From assembly GCA_963799485.1 (NCBI GenBank), contig CAWCXJ010000008.1, positions 64,001 through 128,000 of the forward strand: DNA of 64,000 nucleotides. Reading direction: 5' to 3'. This document shows positions 60,922 through 64,000 of this stretch, piece by piece. The first letter of the stretch is position 1; each line of letters begins with the position of its first letter. The stretch is from an uncultured Trueperaceae bacterium (GTDB lineage: Bacteria > Deinococcota > Deinococci > Deinococcales > Trueperaceae). The translations under genes and the position numbers were made by a program. The notes under the pieces were generated by a model. The model saw only the letters and a program-made list of their open reading frames with translations, did no database searches and was not told the DNA's origin.

Positions 60922-61535
60922 CGCCCCAGCAGCTCCTCTGCTTCGCTCAGGGTCAACTCTTTGTTGTAGACGCTCGAGCCCGGTTCCTGCACCGCACTCT
61001 CAGAGAGCGTCCCGGTATCGACCGCCGCAAAACCTAATTCTTCGATAAGTTTGCCGACAACTTGTTTGGCGTCCGCGTCGTCGCCTGCAATAAAGATGGC
61101 GCGGCGCTCACGCAGCGGCAGACTCGTATCGCCCTGTTCGTGCAGGTGCTTCCAGAAGATGGTGTTAAACGCCTTGACCACTCTTGCAGCTTTTAGGTGT
61201 TCGGCGACGAGTCCGGTCTGAGTCAAGCCGTGAAAGTCTAGTTTGCCGTCGCGTTCGGGGTAGTAGTTCGACGCGCTGATTAAAATCTTGCCGGCAAGTG
61301 CGTCCACTGGCAGCTCTTGGTATTTGCCGTAAGGGATAGCCTCGAGTACCACCTCGCCAAATGCGGCGGCGTCAGATGCCGTCATCGCCGTAACGTTGGG
61401 GCCGAGTTCCTCGGTAGTTTCTCGCAGCGTTTCGGGTTTTCTCGAGTTGCTTAGCGCGACCTTGTGACCCGCACGGGCGAAGAGGTCTGCTGCGGTTTTG
61501 CCGATGTTGCCTGCACCGATGATGCCGATATTCAT
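60918..61535 (-). CDS. NADPH-dependent F420 reductase / dinucleotide-binding oxidoreductase family
   Basis: IGIIGAGNIG, SNYYPERDG, VVKAFNTI, AGDD. Confidence 0.88.
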   Translation of the reverse strand: MNIGIIGAGNIGKTAADLFARAGHKVALSNSRKPETLRETTEELGPNVTAMTASDAAAFGEVVLEAIPYGKYQELPVDALAGKILISASNYYPERDGKLDFHGLTQTGLVAEHLKAARVVKAFNTIFWKHLHEQGDTSLPLRERRAIFIAGDDADAKQVVGKLIEELGFAAVDTGTLSESAVQEPGSSVYNKELTLSEAEELLGR

Positions 61536-61618
61536 ATACGCTCCTCTAGCCCCTATACTAAGCGCCCAAAAAGACCGCGTGACCGTAAGGCCGGGCTAAG
61601 TTGGGGTAAGCTAAGCGT

Positions 61619-62122
61619 ATGTTGGATAAAACCCCGCTGGCGCGCTTTGGCCTTGACCCGGAGACCGTAAGGGAAGCGTTGGCGCGTGAGTTTACGGCGT
61701 TCGAGGCGCTTCCGGCAGAACTTACGGCGGTGTGGCTCGAGCCCTACGCGCCGGGCAAGTGGTCGCCCGCGCAGATAACCGAACACGTCATGAAGGTCAA
61801 CACCGGCGTGAGCAAGACGCTCTATCTGCTCCGCCGCGACGCGCCGCTGCCCGAACAGCAGCGCGTGCCGGGGCGTCTCGAAGACGGCAAGGCGCAAGCC
61901 CCGGCGTTTTCCGAGCCGGGCGAAGGGCTCCCCTGGGAGGTGTTGCAACCGAAGTGGCTCGAGCTGAAAACTCGCTTTTTAACCGAAGTCGAACAAGCCC
62001 GAACATCCAAGCGCACCTGGTTCCATCCTTATTTCGGCGACTTGGGGGCACTCGACTGGGCGCGGGCGGCGGCGTTTCACATGGCGCACCACCGTAAACA
62101 GCTGAGCGCGGCGCAACGGTGA
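61619..62122 (+). CDS. DinB family protein
   Basis: WSPAQITEHV, HPYFG, HMAHHRKQ. Confidence 0.8.
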   Translation: MLDKTPLARFGLDPETVREALAREFTAFEALPAELTAVWLEPYAPGKWSPAQITEHVMKVNTGVSKTLYLLRRDAPLPEQQRVPGRLEDGKAQAPAFSEPGEGLPWEVLQPKWLELKTRFLTEVEQARTSKRTWFHPYFGDLGALDWARAAAFHMAHHRKQLSAAQR

Positions 62123-62353
62123 ACGGGCGGGCCGTAACAGGTTTAACCGTTACAAGGCCGGACACGGGTTTGAGCTGACGGGTTTGCGCTCGAGTTCCAG
62201 CTTGGCAAATTCAGGTATTATGCACTCAATGAGTCTAAACATGAGTCCAAACCCGGACGTGATAAGTCCGGGCAAGGTCAATGCGTCTACGCTTTACCAA
62301 ACCTTTAGTGAGGACTGTACGCCGGGGGGCAGCGCATCTAAAAAGGCCGGGAG

Positions 62354-62950
62354 GTGTGTATCAGTTCTATAACGGAGTCCGATGAGCAGCTGATTTTTCA
62401 GATGGCTGCGCGTGACGAGGCTGCCCTCGCCGAACTCTACCGGCGCTACGCCCCGTATCTGGCAGCGCTCTCGCGGCGCATGTTGGGCGACAGTGGTGAC
62501 GTGCAGGGCTGTGTACAAGACGCCTTTTTCAAGGCGTGGGAAGCGGCGGAGCGCTTCGACCCGGCGCGGGCGAGCGCAAAAACGTGGCTCGTTACCATCG
62601 GTCACCGCGTCGCCATCAACAAGTTGCGCGGACGGCGGCCCAACCCGCTGCCGTTAGAAGACTGGGACGCGCCGACCCCGGCCCACGACCCGGTCGAGCG
62701 TATTGGGCTCGAGGGTGCCGTTGCTACGCTAGCCGGCGACGAGCGCGAACTTATCGAACTGGCCTTTTATCAGGGCCACTCGCATCAGGAGTTGTCCGAA
62801 CTGACCGGTAGGCCGCTTGGCAGCGTCAAGAGCAAGCTCCGCGCCGCGCTGCATAAACTGCGCGCCCAGCTCAGCGACGCCCCAGAAGACGCCGCAGAAG
62901 ATACTCCGAGCCGCGAAGACCGGGGCGACGCGAAGGGAGGTGAGGTATGA
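62354..62950 (+). CDS. ECF RNA polymerase sigma factor (SigK-like); start codon uncertain
   Basis: DEAALAELYRRY, VQDAF...FDPARASAKTWL, ELAFYQGHSHQELS...PLGSVKSKLR. Confidence 0.92.
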   Translation: MCISSITESDEQLIFQMAARDEAALAELYRRYAPYLAALSRRMLGDSGDVQGCVQDAFFKAWEAAERFDPARASAKTWLVTIGHRVAINKLRGRRPNPLPLEDWDAPTPAHDPVERIGLEGAVATLAGDERELIELAFYQGHSHQELSELTGRPLGSVKSKLRAALHKLRAQLSDAPEDAAEDTPSREDRGDAKGGEV

Positions 62951-63675
62951 CCGTTGACCAGGATATGCTAATCAGCTACGCGCTCGGGCACCTCACCCCC
63001 CACGACGAGGCGGAGGTCGCGCGTCACTTAGAGACCCACCCCGAAGACGCGGCGTTGGTCGCGGACTACTTGGAGAGCCTCGCCGACTTTGCCTTGCAGC
63101 TCGCACCCGAAACGCTCCCTGAAACCGGCGAAGCCGACCTGCTCGCCCGAATTCGCGGTGCTGCGCCCGAGTCGGCCCCCGTAACGACGCCCGCTACCCC
63201 GGCGCCAACCGACCCTGAGCCGCCGCCCGTGATCGTCGTCCCATCGTCGCCGCGCCGCACCGCTTGGTGGCTTGCCGGTCTCGGCGCAGCCGCGGTCGCC
63301 GCGCTGCTCTACTTCGTGGTTCTTTCACTCGTCGGCCCGGACGCGACGTATACCCGGCAGCTCGAGCAGTACCAGGCCGAACCGGGCGCGGTCTCCTACG
63401 CACTGATGCAAGAGGGCCAGGCAGAACCGCTCGGTACCCTTGTCCGGCTTCAAGACGGACGCGTGTTCGCCTTGTTAAACACGCCTCCCGCTGAAGGCCG
63501 GGTTTATCAGGCGTGGAATATCGGCGACGCGGCGGTTTCACTCGGCACCTTCACGGACCGCACGTTTCTAAGCCAGGCCGAGGTTCCGACCGGGAATACC
63601 TTCGGGTTGACGCTCGAGCCCCCCGGCGGCAGCGACCAACCTACGACTACGCCGCTGACTCTTGTCGAGCTTTAG
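62947..63675 (+). CDS. Anti-sigma-K factor RskA-like protein
   Basis: N-term YALGHL...HL, single TM, C-term YQAW...FGLTLEPPGGSDQPT; ATGA overlap with the sigma gene. Confidence 0.85.
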   Translation: MTVDQDMLISYALGHLTPHDEAEVARHLETHPEDAALVADYLESLADFALQLAPETLPETGEADLLARIRGAAPESAPVTTPATPAPTDPEPPPVIVVPSSPRRTAWWLAGLGAAAVAALLYFVVLSLVGPDATYTRQLEQYQAEPGAVSYALMQEGQAEPLGTLVRLQDGRVFALLNTPPAEGRVYQAWNIGDAAVSLGTFTDRTFLSQAEVPTGNTFGLTLEPPGGSDQPTTTPLTLVEL

Positions 63676-63799
63676 GAGGTTCGCCAAACGTAACTAACTA
63701 ATACAGTCTGTAGTCCATCCCGCATCTATGCGGCGCGAAAGTGGGTATATAGTAGATGAAGCATTTAGAGCTTTGCTCTAGAAACTCGGAAGGAGTTTT

Positions 63800-64000
63800 A
63801 TGAAACGCACCTTTTTACTCGGCCTTTTGCTTACCCTCGGCGTCGCTTTGGCGCAAACCATGACCGGCGGCGATATGTCGGGTGGCATGGCGTCTGGCGG
63901 TACTGTCACCAACCAAGAGATAAGTGGTGAGGGCGCGAGCGGGATGCCGGTCGAAGCACCGGTCGCCGCGCTAATGCAATCCGGCGGGATGATGTCGGGT
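63800..64000 (+). CDS. Secreted protein (3'-truncated by window edge), likely ECF target
   Basis: AAGGAG RBS; MKRTFLLGLLLTLGVALAQ signal peptide, then a Gly/Met-rich segment (MTGGDMSGG). Confidence 0.7.
   Translation, partial: MKRTFLLGLLLTLGVALAQTMTGGDMSGGMASGGTVTNQEISGEGASGMPVEAPVAALMQSGGMMSG

Overview
A GC-rich (~60% by eye) bacterial chromosomal segment, most likely from Deinococcota and Truepera-like. This is inferred from a TilS-TadA fusion, a Thermus-type MglA, many leaderless TANNNT-N5-8-start genes and an MTGG-containing secreted protein. In order, the window holds: the 3' part of an EAL phosphodiesterase; a general-stress cluster (DUF892-BON-SRPBCC fusion, Mn-catalase, frameshifted MBL-SRPBCC fusion, Zn-ADH, SDR); MFS, GNAT, M20 peptidase, lnt and a Ktr/Trk K+ system; an IS110 plus integrase scar at tRNA-Trp; an A-type Fe-S carrier; gcvT-H-PA-PB; an orphan mglA; tRNA-Ser; tilS-tadA; deoB; fetAB; yihY; an ~18 kb polyol (erythritol/threitol/sorbitol-like) catabolic region with two ABC operons and a SorC regulator; a 1055-aa P-loop/TPR (STAND-like) protein coupled to an AcuC/HDAC deacetylase; sbcDC plus a nucleotidyltransferase; and a SigK/RskA-like ECF pair. 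Two short motifs are strongly over-represented across the window. The non-palindromic CCGTAAA/TTTACGG occurs about 85-90 times by eye against about 5-6 expected, and also forms a hairpin. The palindrome CTCGAG is about 7-fold over-represented in the first 20 kb. All counts were made by eye and all homology calls come from motif recognition; no searches were run.
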